A DNA stretch of 63,103 bases, counting the filler, from Rhabdomonas costata (taxonomy: Eukaryota), in the NCBI GenBank assembly GCA_019059605.1. It is 39 parts of 39 records of this genome, joined end to end, with 100 filler letters (N's around TTAATTAATTAA, not from the genome) between each part and the next. Parts side by side here need not be neighbours in the genome. Positions count along the whole stretch, not along the records: positions 11,344 to 12,863 come from JAHMHO010013947.1; positions 12,964 to 14,483 come from JAHMHO010013948.1; positions 14,584 to 16,103 come from JAHMHO010013949.1; positions 16,204 to 17,721 come from JAHMHO010013950.1; positions 17,822 to 19,341 come from JAHMHO010013951.1; positions 19,442 to 20,961 come from JAHMHO010013952.1; positions 21,062 to 22,581 come from JAHMHO010013953.1; positions 22,682 to 24,201 come from JAHMHO010013954.1; 31 more parts are not named here. One strand, given 5' to 3'. The translations under genes were made by a program, and so were the position numbers. This document shows, piece by piece, positions 11,983 through 24,920 of the stretch (its first letter is position 1; every line of letters starts with the position of its first letter). The notes beneath the pieces were generated by a model. The model was given only the letters and a program-made list of their open reading frames with translations, searched no databases and had not been told where the DNA came from.

Positions 11983-12662
11983 ATGCAACGGTTCGTTTTA
12001 TACTTTTCAGGTCTTGCCTTGTTTCACGTGGTTTTGGCAACCACGTTCTTCAAAGAAACGTTTGACCCGACCTGGGAGTCGAGATGGGTTCATTCTTCTG
12101 CGAAGAGTGACTTCGGGACCTTCAAGCGCACCGCCGGTTTGGCGTCTTGATTTCATGTTGGTTTGTCTTTTATAGCTTCCGGTTGCTTGAGTTTGCTGCG
12201 AAGGCTTTCATTGACAGGGAAGGCTTACGGGGATGAAGAAAAGGATCAAGGGATCCAGACTTCCCAGGACGCCAGATTCTATGCGATTTCAGCCAAGGCC
12301 CCCACACCTTTCTCAAACGAGGTATCATAATTTCTCCTTGGTTCAACTTTTTTGGCACCAAATTTCAGATGTTGTTCCCTCAAGTTCTCAGATTGCGTCT
12401 TTTATTTCATTTTATTCATTCGGTCTGTGTCCCTCTTTTCTCAGGGAAAGACGCTTGTGGTTCAGTTTTCTGTAAAGCATGAGCAAAACATTGATTGCGG
12501 CGGAGGTTACCTCAAGATTTTGCCTGACACTAAGCTGGCTAAGTTCGACGGGGAATCCAAGTACTACGTCATGTTTGGACCTGACATCTGCGGCATGACA
12601 AAGAAGATTCATCTCATTTTCCACTACAAGGGCCAGAACCTGCTGTGGAAGAAGCAACCCAG
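11983..12662 (+). CDS. CALR: Calreticulin, 5' part; exons 11983-12136, 12218-12321, 12445-12662
   Basis: Signal peptide MQRFVLYFSGLALFHVVLA, then FFKETFD..WESRWV, GIQTSQDARFYAISA, LVVQFSVKHEQNIDCGGGYLK and MFGPDICG. GT-AG introns join in frame. Confidence 0.97.
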
Positions 12663-12963
12663 GTTAAAGTGTTCCTCTCAATACTCACACGTACACACGT
12701 CCCTACACCTCCCCAAGTCAGGGCACGTCAGATCTTCGGCTTCAGCCACACCTTGTTGCAGTGAAGAATTCTGCCATAGTTTTTTCATTTGAGCCTATGT
12801 TCCCTGTGGGACAAGTAGGGTATAACATTTTTGCTGCAAAGATCCGGAGCCCGACCAAAAACCNNNNNNNNNNNNNNNNNNNNNNNNNNNNNNNNNNNNN
12901 NNNNNNNTTAATTAATTAANNNNNNNNNNNNNNNNNNNNNNNNNNNNNNNNNNNNNNNNNNNN

Positions 12964-13505
12964 TGTTTTGAGCCCAGGGAGGCTGAGGATGAAGAAGAGG
13001 AAGAGCTGCTCGAAGTGCACCCTGCAGTATTGGCAGATGTGGAACTGGGCGGGCACGGGGGTATCAGGGGTCTGCTGTATCCTCCCGAGGGGCCCGGAAC
13101 CCCCAAAACGCACCGGGTAAGGGGTGAAGACGCATTAGAGGAGGTCCCGGGCTGCTTCTTAAGCCGTTGTGCCGCCGCCAAGGGGGCGAGGTACCGTGAG
13201 ACGGAGGGGCCCGACGGCGGCTCAGGAACCCCGTTCTGCTGACGAGTTCCGGGATGGCCGGCCTCAGGGTGAAGCGCGGAAAAGAGCCGCTCCACTAAGT
13301 CCTTCTTCAGACCGGAGGTGGTGAGGGAGGGGTAGCCATTTGCCCGAAGCAGCTGGAGCATCCCCTTGAGCTGCGAAATGGTGAAGACATGTAGGTGGGA
13401 GGTCGCTGTGGAGCGGAGGACCCCGGCAAACTCGGGCTCGCTCAGCGCTCGCTCCTTGGTGGTGGCTTTGCAGTATTCTTCATAGAGACAAGAAAGGTGC
13501 TCCAT
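12964..13505 (-). CDS. SAP-domain protein (SIZ/PIAS-like N-terminus), 5' part
   Basis: FTISQLKGMLQLLRANGYPSLTTSGLKKDLVERL fits the SAP consensus, followed by a Pro/Ser-rich region. Confidence 0.65.
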
Positions 13506-15419
13506 TGGGGTGAGCGGAGACAACGCTATACAGCATAGATTCTACTGAGCGAAAAAAAAGGTTGTCATTCCCCGCGAGGTAAGGCAGGCTTTTGTACCTC
13601 TCGCAGTCCCGCAAACACGGCGAACTCAGTGAAAGCCATAAAGAGGTGGATCATTAGGAGGTGGGTCAACCGCGACAATTCTGGGAGCTCTTTTACGGAC
13701 AACCCTTCAGCGAAAAATCGGAATCACACGTTCAGAAAAATAATGTCATGGCACACTGGCACGGACATATATTCTACGAATGCGGGCGATGCTTGCGTTC
13801 CACACCCGGTTACCTCTGTTTCTGGCCCAAAGAAAACTCGAAGCGTCCAGATTGCACAGCAGCGGAAAAGAGAAGCACGTCCGGTCAGGTTTGCAAAAAA
13901 GAAGCCCACCCATCCTCCGGCAGACTCTCTATCCCTCAGCATCGGAGGCAGGTGGACGTCCACAGTGAGAATCCTGAATGACGACAGAAAAAGGAGAGCC
14001 AGGGGGGGGGGGAGTCGTTGACAAATGGGTGCGAAGTTTTGTGCGGGATATATGGGAAGCGCATTGGGATGAAATCCGAACACAGTGCCATGCAAATACC
14101 GGGCTAAAAACAAACACTTAACAAAAGACTAAACAGCCACCACTGCAAAGTTGAAAAAGTAATGCGCGCACATAAATCCGGACTCGCAGGCCGGGAGGTG
14201 TGCGAAACAGACCGAACCAAAAATCGGGACTACTCTCAAGAACCCACACACGCACACCCGCATATGGAGACGCTGCGCACACGCACTGGGACACTGCCCG
14301 ATCTCAGGGGCGTAGCGATATACCCACGCGTAAATTGCAAATGTGAAGATGGCAAGGCTCGGACCAAGGCACAAAGGACATCCACAAAGTCACACTCAAA
14401 ACTGCCCCTAATCTTGTAATCACAGTGTGTATGCATGACAGGCAGGCGCAAAAAGGTATGTGGTGCATCACGAACCACACACCNNNNNNNNNNNNNNNNN
14501 NNNNNNNNNNNNNNNNNNNNNNNNNNNTTAATTAATTAANNNNNNNNNNNNNNNNNNNNNNNNNNNNNNNNNNNNNNNNNNNNGGTTTTGGTGAAATACT
14601 AGTGACTCCTGTATTGGGTTTCATCCACCACTCTATGTGCACTTCCATTTTTGCTCTTCATCTTCCTTCATAAACCTCAGTGTTGTGCGGTCCCTCCAAC
14701 AACGGTCCATACTCTGCATAATTCACCGCATACACCGCATATAACATGACCTTCATAGCGCATCCGGGTCCTCCAGGGTGCGCTCCATTGTGGAAACACG
14801 TGTGGCACTTTCGACGCAAGCATGGGTGCAAAGTCTTCGAGCTTGTATAATCTCACTCTTGGTTTTGGATGGATCATTTGGTGGTCGTATCCAACCAACA
14901 TGAGAAACTTCTCAACAGCTGCGCTTCATCTCCATTGCCTTTCATCACTATTTTCTCCACCACAAGACATGCCATGGCGTCTGCCACCTTGGAGATTGCC
15001 TCTTCACTGTCACCGTGGCCGCTCTGTCTTGGTAGTATGACAACTGGTGCAGGAATTTTGACCTTCAATTAAATCCCAATCAGTCCAGCACGTTCACTGC
15101 ATCCCAATTCTTAAAGTACACTCATTGAGGCACATCAGGCCTTGTATCGTTCAAACCAAAAGCCACCCTCGACCAATCTTGCGATATCACTGCAAATGCT
15201 ATCTCCCTCGGCATCCCCACTGTACACAGCTGAACTTTACATATTTCATGCCACTCTCCCAACCGGATGAAGTCCTCTTATTCAAATCCAGTTCCACTCA
15301 CTCCGTGTTCCAGCAAGTACTCTAAAGTACTACCTGTTTCTCGAATCTGTGTCACCGGGCGACTCCCTTCACCTGTGCCTTCTTCGGTCCAACTTTGTAA
15401 TACATTCCGTAACTTGAAC

Positions 15420-16090
15420 ACTCAACGTATTCCATGTCGATGAAGGCCGTCATCCTGTGTTTTTTAATGCTGGGAACTTCACGAAAAGCTTTTTCAGCGG
15501 CAGTTCACTTTCGCGTTGCCTCGGGGCTCCAGGACGAGCCACCTGGGACGAGCCACCTATCCTTTGCCTGCTCAGCAAACTCCACCGAGGGGACAGCGGA
15601 AGCCCAGTTGCCCGAGAGGTTCAGGGCATGCACGCAGGTGATGTTCACGGCGCAGTCCCTCCCCCAGTCCCTTCCAAGCCTCCATGAGTACATCCCCGGG
15701 TCTCTCCCCTGACTGCACCGGGTCCTCGTACAGGCGGCGGTCGCGACACGGCCCACAGCGGACCGCAAGGTATTATGCCGCAACCACGCACCGGAGTGCC
15801 GACAAGAAACGAGATAATCCCCAAAGAGATCAAGGGCGTCGCCGCATGCTGGGCAGGCCCACGGCACTCTGCTCCAGCAGGGGAAGTCACAAGTGCTGTT
15901 GAACCAGCAAGCGGTACTCGGCCGCACCAAAAGTCAGACCCAGTGAGGCGCAGGGGCTGCAAGTTAGCCATGCACCTGCGTGTGGCTCTCTCTCGCAGAG
16001 GAGTCGGACACAGTCTCAGCGGCCCAGACAGTAGCACTCCAAGACGGTAGCCCTCCGTCTTGGAGTCACTGGGTCCAAATGCCCCCCGAC
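15420..16090 (-). mobile_element. Degenerate CRE-like non-LTR retrotransposon C-terminus (zinc knuckle and restriction-like endonuclease)
   Basis: CPACGDALDLFGDYLVSC...WLRHNTLR...WGRDCAVNITCVH...FAEQAK matches CxxC..D.FGDH...C..RHN and GRD.AVD.T..H..AE..K, with substitutions and deletions. Confidence 0.8.
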
Positions 16091-16312
16091 GTCCCCACCC
16101 CCCNNNNNNNNNNNNNNNNNNNNNNNNNNNNNNNNNNNNNNNNNNNNTTAATTAATTAANNNNNNNNNNNNNNNNNNNNNNNNNNNNNNNNNNNNNNNNN
16201 NNNGGGTGTTTTGTGTTTGGGGGACAAATGGGGTGTGAGAGAAGAGGTTGTGTTATACGCGAGCGAAAGTGCTGGTTTGGATATAAGACAGGACGGATTT
16301 TTACATTCGTAG

Positions 16313-16584
16313 AAAGAAATTCTTGTGGTTTCGGGGACGAAATGGTGCAGCTCGACCTTTGGCCTCCATCGCGTTTCTGAAGCAGGTTGCCCAGTTGTTG
16401 CAAGGGTGGTGAAGAGTTCCTTTCCATTACGCCTTGTGCTCTTGGGGCGTATTATTGTTTGTGTGTGTGGATGTCCCGGTTTCCCCAAATCAGGTTCGTG
16501 ACCAGTTTTTGGGGGTGCGGGGCTCGACGGACGAAGAGAACCACCTCCGGAAGATGGAAACCGCGGCCCTTATGCGGCCGTTGG
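16313..16584 (+). CDS. Two exons of an unknown protein (16313-16385, 16494-16584)
   Basis: AG/GT-bounded and phase-compatible: KKFLWFRGRNGAARPLASIAFLKQ|VRDQFLGVRGSTDEENHLRKMETAALMRPL. Confidence 0.5.
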
Positions 16585-18562
16585 GTGAGGGCTCCATGAT
16601 GGCCACTCCGGTTTCTTCCCCACTCTGTGCGTGCAGATCCAAGTGAATTTCTTTGGCTTATGGTTCACCAAGGATAGTGCAGTTCGGTCCTACCAAAAGC
16701 TACTGAACCATTCTTTATCAATCAGTCCCCCCCCCTCCACGTGCTTTGTGACGTGCTTTGTAACGTTACCTCCTTTTGGCCGTGACGTGCCACATGTGTC
16801 GCTCATTCTTGTCATCACTGCAGAGTGTGTGTGGTGGAGGGGCTGTCTGAAGCCTAAGGGACTTAACTGCCCAATTGCCAACATGGGGAAGGGTATGGTT
16901 TTACGCTTTCTACCGTTTCAATGATCCCATTAGTCATTATGCCATTATGAGCATGTTCTCACACCACACCACAGCATAGGCACCTCGTTCTCCCTGTCCC
17001 ACGCTGTGGTGGAAAGTGGGGAACCCTTTAAGGGCGGTGACATTCCGAAACTCATAGTTTGGTATGTTACGAGTTTCCAAAGGCCGCTCCAAAATACCGC
17101 TGGGTTTCCGCAACACAAGACAGGGCATTTTTTATTCCCCTTGGAGTCGCCAGGGGTGAAAAGCATGGGCTCTGAATTTACGTAATGACCCACCTGATGA
17201 GCGCATGCTGTTTGGGTTTGAGTTGTCAGCGGTGCTGGTGTGGCCGCAAAGGGGCCCTCATCTTCTGCTTCCTCCACGTGAGCAAGAGTCCCCTTGGCCT
17301 GTAGCTATATTTTCTCTTCACTCTTTTACATTTTGATTTTTCAGCGCCCAATTTACTTGTATTACTCATATTTTGTGTTTCCTCTGTGTCGCGTCCTCTC
17401 CTGCTTCCCGGTCCCGAACCTGGAATGGAGGGCAGGCGGCCTTCCTGGCCAGCCCAGAAGCCCCCTCCACTCTTTCCCCTACACCACAACCCTGTCGAGC
17501 CCCCTGACGGTAATGTCCCGCCATATTTTGTGTGAACTTTGTATAAGGCTGTGTTTGCATGTGCTTCGTGCAGTCTGGGCAACTCCCGGCGTTTTCCTGG
17601 GATCCCTGAGCCATCCAGGAAGATCAGCCTTTGAGCGGCGGAACCATCTAGAGTCACTCGCTCACTCACTCACTCACTCACACCGCGTTTGCTTTTTGCA
17701 TCTTCTAAATCACCACCAACCNNNNNNNNNNNNNNNNNNNNNNNNNNNNNNNNNNNNNNNNNNNNTTAATTAATTAANNNNNNNNNNNNNNNNNNNNNNN
17801 NNNNNNNNNNNNNNNNNNNNNGCACAATTTCACGATTACATAAAACATTGCACTGACTTCGCGCTCTTCTTCCATCTCAAGTCCTGCCCGGTTCGACTAC
17901 CTTCCCTTTTTCCTTCTGTTGCAATTGTGCGCGTATTTTCGCCTGTTCCTTGTGCCTGCCGAAGGAACACGCAAGTATATCTAGCGGACGCGCCTGTTGG
18001 TCGGAGGCGCACACGAATGCGCGGCCTTCTACCGCGTGGCTTTTGTAAATGTGCACCAATTTGGGCCAGTCAAATTGCGTACCAGCATGGTACAAAGTTG
18101 CAATCAACACGCGGCGCCGGGAGTCGAGCGCACGATGGTCTTCCAACCAGATGGCCGAGATAGCCCGTTGAGATCCGTCATCCAGGTTCCAGAATTGTCT
18201 TGGAGATAAACAGCATTTGCCGACCTGAGTACGTGAATGACACGAAGGGCGCGATAGTGTGGCCGCAGCCTTGGTTCTACTATACTCGGCGTCATTGCCC
18301 AGGGCCTTTGGAAATCTGGCACGACATGAGTCAGCGTCATGCGCTTGGACTTTTTCCAGCAAAGCGGCTAGTGTCGACCACTAGATGAAGAAACGCACCG
18401 CCGTTGTGGTGTGCTGAAGACACGAGAAGAATCGGAGAGCACGGCCCGGTGTTGTACGATTCCTTTGCAAGGTGATCCAAAGCCTGAGTCGACGACCTCC
18501 GTCATGGTACTCACCTGCCCACTCACGCGCACGTCCTTCGGTTTCTCCACTGTGCCGCGCAG

Positions 18563-18756
18563 CCTACCGCGAGGTCAGCCGCCCGCTGAAGCTCCACCTG
18601 ATTCCCGGGGGGTGCCACGGCTACAGCGTCGGACTGTGCCCCATCCACGTTCTTTACCTGACCCGCTGCGACTGCTTGCTCACTCCAGAGGAGGAAACGT
18701 GGCTGAGTCGGCTGGAGGCGTGGCTGGCGCTGCGGCGGGACATCCTTGGCTCTTGA
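18563..18756 (+). CDS. Terminal exon of an alpha/beta-hydrolase (esterase-like)
   Basis: LKLHLIPGGCHGYS resembles the catalytic-His motif (ELHxYPGGxHGF), followed by WLSRLEAWL and a stop; CAG acceptor. Confidence 0.6.
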
Positions 18757-19825
18757 GCACAGCCTGCCTTTTGGGGTGGAAGTGTGTACGCTGGCGTAGA
18801 TGATCCCCGCGATGGAGTAGGGTAGAAGGGCGCTGTTTCACTGCTTGTTTGGTGTCGTTTCCGAGACCTGCCTTGGACGCAGAAGGAGGCAGTGCCGATA
18901 TGATTTGCTGACCAGAAGTCTCACTCTTTTGGCCGTTCTAGTTCTCAGATTCCCGCTGTCCCTGTGTCGACTGCGTCATTGATATAACTCGGTGGATTTC
19001 TTGTGCACCTCTCATCTGACCATCCAACTTGCTGCCGGTCCGTATCATACGGCAGCACGAAAATTCTCGTCGGGTTTTAACACGAGACATTAGGGTGGTA
19101 TAAAAGGATTTTCAAGCCGTGGGAATGAAGATGACCGACCTGGTTTTGCCAATTTTCGCTTTTTCTTGCATTTCATCAGTCCAGCTCGGGTTCTAGCATG
19201 CAGTATCTTTTAGGCAGCCCAGGCCGAAAGCTCGCGCTGAGTATGTTGCTGGCAGCAAAGAGACTGGATGACGTCACCAGCTGATGCTTCCTGATACAGG
19301 GGCACTTCGGCTGGTGACGTCATCCAGTCTCTTTGCTGCCANNNNNNNNNNNNNNNNNNNNNNNNNNNNNNNNNNNNNNNNNNNNTTAATTAATTAANNN
19401 NNNNNNNNNNNNNNNNNNNNNNNNNNNNNNNNNNNNNNNNNGTTGGTTTTGATACACGTCGACGCACATCAAAAGCAATGTGTGTTTGAGGGGGGGGGGG
19501 TCCCAACCGCCTGGTTTTACCATTAATTGCACTAGTTGTACAACGGCCACATTGTTTTACCTGACCCCAATTCCATGTTACAGCAGCGGAATCTTCCTTC
19601 CTGACTTCTTGTTCACCATTTGGTGTCTTACGTCCAACGTTGCAGTGAGAAGGCGAAATTGCTTCCCACCTCACAAGACCATGCACGTCAACCTCCCATA
19701 AAGGTGCAAGATAGGGTTCTTTATTCTGTTGTTTAAGCACTTGCAAAATGTGGGGTGGGGGGTGGAACACACCACAGCTCACTCTTTTCATCATGCATTA
19801 TGTCCGAGATGCTTTGCGAACACAG

Positions 19826-20005
19826 GGCACTCTGGAAGCTCGTGCGGCAGAGGTGGAGAAACTGCAAGTCCTCTCCGAGCAGCTGTCCTCCTCGCAGGCC
19901 GTGCTGGATCACCTGAGGGCCCGTGCCGAGGAGGCCGAGGCTGCTAGCGCCGCCTCCCGAAACCTAAACCAGACCCTCTTGGCCCGGGTTCAGCAGTACC
20001 AGGAG
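19826..20005 (+). CDS. Coiled-coil protein internal exon
   Basis: 180-nt AG/GT exon, GTLEARAAEVEKLQVLSEQL...RVQQYQE. Confidence 0.7.
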
Positions 20006-23000
20006 GTGTCCCCCCCCACCTGCCCTCATGCCCACCACAAATGCCATTGCAGTTTCTGTTGCCCACTTCTTTTCGTTTTTTCGTTCTTTTTTGACATCTT
20101 CCTTTGTACCTCCATCCCAGCACTGGACCCCAGAGGCAAGTTAACAATGAGTTATCGTTTTCTATTCGCTGGAGAATGTGCATGTGGTTACACAGCTGCT
20201 GGGCGACCGGGTAAGGTTGCAAGTTTGTCTGTGAAGGTCCTTGGAATGGCCTTTCCAGGATCGGAAATGCACATGGATTTCAGAACAAAAGGGTGAAGAG
20301 GGGTGTTTGTTTCGTCTCCGGGGCAACCACCAGGCCCCAGATACTTATGTGAAGTTCTTTACAGCGTGATCACAGACACTGCATCTCGACACTTGGCTGT
20401 GCTGAGGGCCAGGCTTTTGAAACACCACGAAATATTATTAAATTTGAATGAGGACCCATGAAGTCGGTTCGTACCCAGCATCCTGGCTTTGCCACTTGAA
20501 AAGGTTGAAAAGAGTCGCATTCGACTGAAATCTTTTGCGGAATTGTGAGAAGGGCACTTTTATGAAGGGCTGAAAGCTTCAGATGGTATACATATTGAGA
20601 GTGAAGAAGAACCATCGCGATACCCTCTGCTGGATGCAAATAAATAACAAAAAATAATGAAAAGGGGAATCAATAAGGACGCGCGCGTCAGCCCGGCAAT
20701 GAAAAAACACGCCCCGTAGCGGTGGACCTGTGAGCCCTGTGAGGCCCTAAGGCACCAGCCTTGCTTCGGATTATCCCTGTCCTGGGGGATGTTGAAACCA
20801 AAGGCTCTGTGAATGGTAATGCGTCGAACACCAAATGCTGAGTTCCCTGGGTTGGAATCGCTCATAGGAGCTGCAGGTCCTGCGAGCGATTCCAACCCAG
20901 GGAACTCAGCATTTGGTGTTCGACGCATTACCATTCACAGAGCCTTTGGTTCCAACACCCCNNNNNNNNNNNNNNNNNNNNNNNNNNNNNNNNNNNNNNN
21001 NNNNNTTAATTAATTAANNNNNNNNNNNNNNNNNNNNNNNNNNNNNNNNNNNNNNNNNNNNAAACTAAAAAGTTGTGGCTCGAATTGTCAAACCTAACCC
21101 TGCCAGCGATGAACTCTTAGTCGAGGCTGCGGGGGAAGGCAAAGAGGGAAGCTTGACGGTAGCCTGTGGGCCGCTGCACAGAGGGGATCCTGAACGAGAC
21201 ACGGTCATTCTGGATCTTTAGCACCGGAAATCTCAATCACAGAAAAAGGAAGATGATGCAGTTCAAAAGAGGAAACCAAAAAGAGATGAGGCAAGGGGAA
21301 GAGTGAAGTCCAGAGGAAAAGAAAAGTCCAGAGAAAGAAGAAAATCGGAGGAAGAAGGGTTCAGAGGAGTGAAACGTCTGCGTAAAATTCAGCACTTGAC
21401 GCCAGCCCAGCCACGGTCTCGTGAACCCGGCCCTCGTTTGGGCATGGATTAGGGATGGGGTTTCAAATGTGGGCATATACCGAACTCCATATTGTTTCAT
21501 ATTGTTTGATAACAACATTCTACCATATGAAGGGTTCTGTTATTATTAGGGCGGCGTGGCGCCACTCGCTGGATCCGGAGAAACTGCAACTAAGTGAATG
21601 GCTCGTCCTACGGAAAAGAAAGAATCACAGGGTTGTGAAGGAAAAGGTTCAATGGTTTCTTGAGAATGGGGTTCATTGCATTCAGTGCAGGCTCGCATCG
21701 ACCGGGAAGGCCAGAGCCGACCACGGGCCAGCACATCTGTGCAAATGCTAAGCTTGGAGTATATCCTAACCACACCGATCAAAACCGTAATAATCTTAAC
21801 GGCTGAAGTCGACCCATAACATGGAACGTGACTTCCCTCAGGTGTAAGGTGAACAGGGCACAGGTACGTGGGGACAGTTGTTTTTTTTTGGGTGGGGGGG
21901 CATTAAACGTTTTGGGAGCTTGTGACAAAAATTAGTTCAGGTATGGCAGCCTGCTCGCGACGCGACGGATAAGGCGGGGACGTGCCATAGGGAGCTATAC
22001 AAAAAACCACCGTTACCACCGTTAAACACCAAAGTTGTCGTGGTTCGGGGAAGCTAATTTCCAAACATGGGGCTTAAGTGGAGTGTAACTGTTCCACTAG
22101 TTGATGCCATTATTTTTTCCTAAAGGGGGTTAGTTATACTAATTTACAAGCGATTAAGTGAAAGAATTCTCAACCGAATTCTCAACCGATTAACGGTATT
22201 AAAGTTTAACAGCTTGTTAAGCGTTGTTTGACGTTTACAAGTGGGAGGCTGCAGCAACGTGCATATGATAATACCCCAGAACAGCACAATTTCCAATGAG
22301 AGGCCGATTCTAACGGTTTCTATCACCACTTCGCAAAGTTCATTTCATCACAAAAAGAGTACACAAGGTACTGCACCAAGGAAACCGCTTGAGAGCACTT
22401 GAAAAGCCGGGCCGTTGCTTTTCATCAGAATCATTACTGTTTTGGAGCACTCTCGAGCACCACGAGGCGCCAGCACCACATAGCAAGCAAATATTACATC
22501 GCAGACCACAGCAAACCGTACCAGAGTTACCGTACCGGACTTCACTAGCACTATTTGGCTGTACAACAATCACCACAAACANNNNNNNNNNNNNNNNNNN
22601 NNNNNNNNNNNNNNNNNNNNNNNNNTTAATTAATTAANNNNNNNNNNNNNNNNNNNNNNNNNNNNNNNNNNNNNNNNNNNNGGTGTGTTGGTGCACTCTC
22701 TTAGAGTACTTCATTGTCTTTCGCAACCCACCACCTTCCCCACCTTCCCGCACATGTGCACACACACGCATGCACACGCGCTCCATTTGCTTTCGCCACT
22801 GCACTTGCCGGGTAGTTTTCTCTCTGGATGCTTTGGGGATCAACCTCTCTGTCTCGTGAATTGGTGCTCCTTTGTGTTGATTGGGTTTCACAGGCACCTG
22901 ATGCTCGTTTTTTTCATGAAGTTTTGATCGCCGTGAACCAATTTTCTGAGTTCACCCTTCCCTTTCCTTGAATCGCTTTCCCTCCTACAATGCAGTCTGC

Positions 23001-23099
23001 TTTGCATTGGGGGGGGGGGGTAAGGATGCGCGAAAGTTCGACCAGCGGACCCAGTAGTACCCAGCCTTCCATTGTGCGTGGAGTCTTGCTTGCATGTGT

Positions 23100-23720
23100 C
23101 TTATGTTGTTGGACGATCTCCAAGGGTCGCCCATCTGTTCATGGGGCAGTTTGAGAGACATTCGTATGACGAGAATGTGAATGTGTCCTTTGTGTGGCTG
23201 CGAATGCTGGGATTTCCTACTCCAAGCCCTTTGTACCCTCGTGTGAAAGTCAGCTCTTTCATAGTTTCGTGCAGGTCTGTGTACATGTGCTTCTTGGTTT
23301 GGGGTGTGGTTCCGTCTTCTCATTTCTGTGTGAGGGGGCGAGCGTTATCGGGGGCCACCTCTGGCTGCCAGCGTTCCAGGAGGAGTGTGAGGAGTGGAAT
23401 GTGTAAATCCCTCGGAACGAGATGACCCATTCCACCTTTTTTTATCTTTCTCATGCATATCTTCTTGTGTTGAGAATTTGTTCATTTGCCGCACAGGTTT
23501 GGGCATCAAACCCTTCACCCTTTTTATTCGGCCCTCCATTTCGCTCCGAATTAGATCAGCTCACTCGGTGGTTATTGTGGACTATCGGCTGATCTTTGAG
23601 GTCGCTGCTCGGATGATGGAGACCATTACCAATTCAAACCAAAGTGGGCTCAGCGGCGGGACGTCCTGAAGGTTACGGGTTGGAACGGAAAAGGGGTACG
23701 ATCCACTGACCTATCGGCTT
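23100..23720 (-). mobile_element. Highly decayed non-LTR reverse transcriptase relic
   Basis: SYPFSVPTRNLQDVPPLSPLWFELVMVSIIR resembles RQGCPLSPLLFxLVM; downstream LTFTRGYKGLGV resembles the GGLG motif; many stops. Confidence 0.4.
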
Positions 23721-23869
23721 GTGAGCGCCCGGGTTTCTGTCCCGAGGCCATTGTAAAGCGTAAAGCTGTGGTTTCGCTTTGCGGAACTTTTGGCGGAGCA
23801 TGTGGTTAGGAAAACCGCATATGCATCAGACCACTGCTGCACCTCATACCACCCCAACCAACGAGTCCT

Positions 23870-24035
23870 AATATCACAATAATAATATATAATATTAATA
23901 TTATATATTATTATATTATTTTATTTATATATATTATTATTATTATTATTATATATTATTTCTATATTATTTCTATTATTTCTATTATTTCTATTATTTC
24001 TTCTATATTATTATATATATTATTTCTTCTATTCT
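23870..24035. repeat. AT-rich low-complexity tract (TAT/TATTATTTC units)
   Basis: Almost purely A/T with short tandem units. Confidence 0.9.
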
Positions 24036-24920
24036 TTTCCTTTCCTTTTCCTTTGCAAATGCATCTCATCCCATCCAGGTACCCTGCCAGGCGGAGCTGC
24101 CAACCGCTTCAATAACCAGCACCCGCAAGAGCTTCCCTCACACCCAAGTACCTCCCCCCCCCACACACACACACGTCGGCCGCGCGGCGGACTGACAAAA
24201 CNNNNNNNNNNNNNNNNNNNNNNNNNNNNNNNNNNNNNNNNNNNNTTAATTAATTAANNNNNNNNNNNNNNNNNNNNNNNNNNNNNNNNNNNNNNNNNNN
24301 NATTGGAGGCAGAAGTCATCCACCGAAAGCAATGCCTTGCGCACGCAGTGTGTGTGTGCGCCTAAGGGCTGTCTCACCACCCCCCCTCTCTCTCTCTCTC
24401 TCTCTGCCTTTTCTCTTGTCAGCTCCCCGATGGGAGTTCTCTGGCCGTTACTCCTCGGGGCGCGTCCGTGAGTCATCACGGCAGCCTCTCGTCTATTGTC
24501 GCCCTCGGCACCGGGGCGTCGGCTGCCAGTTCGATGTCTTATAGTGACTTTCTAATCGGTTCCCACCCTCTGTGCTTTTTTCCCCCCCGCGCAGCACGCT
24601 CACCAATGCAGATGGGTAATGTTTGTGTCGTGGTGCCTGTCAATCATGTGTCAGAAGGCGCCGTTTTCTTCTTTGTGAAGCAATGAGATATTCGCGGAGA
24701 CATTGCGAGAGATGCGCATTGCTATGATGTCACACCGTCTTTGCTGTATATGAGTCTTTCCCCGTCATTCCGGATCTCTAGTGTGCCATTGTGCTTTATT
24801 GCACATGTTGTTGCTGCCGTACAACCCGTCCTGCTGACTGTAAGTTAACGAGCACCAATGGTGTAGGGTCGAGTTTGCGCCCTTCCCCTCCCTTCTTGTG
24901 GCACACTTTCTAATTCTCAG

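Noticed and set aside
18250..18490. CRESS-virus Rep-like stretch (VSSAHHNGGAFLHLVV...VPDFQ) on the minus strand
   Set aside because: It needs a frameshift and lacks the first His of HUH; too weak without a profile search.
19250..19341. 32-bp perfect inverted repeat
   Set aside because: Contig-terminal and mismatch-free; most likely a strand-switch artefact.
20796..20951. 68-bp perfect inverted repeat (pre-miRNA- or MITE-like; gives identical ORF starts on both strands)
   Set aside because: Contig-terminal and followed by a primer-like A/C run. A fold-back artefact is more parsimonious unless unamplified reads confirm it.
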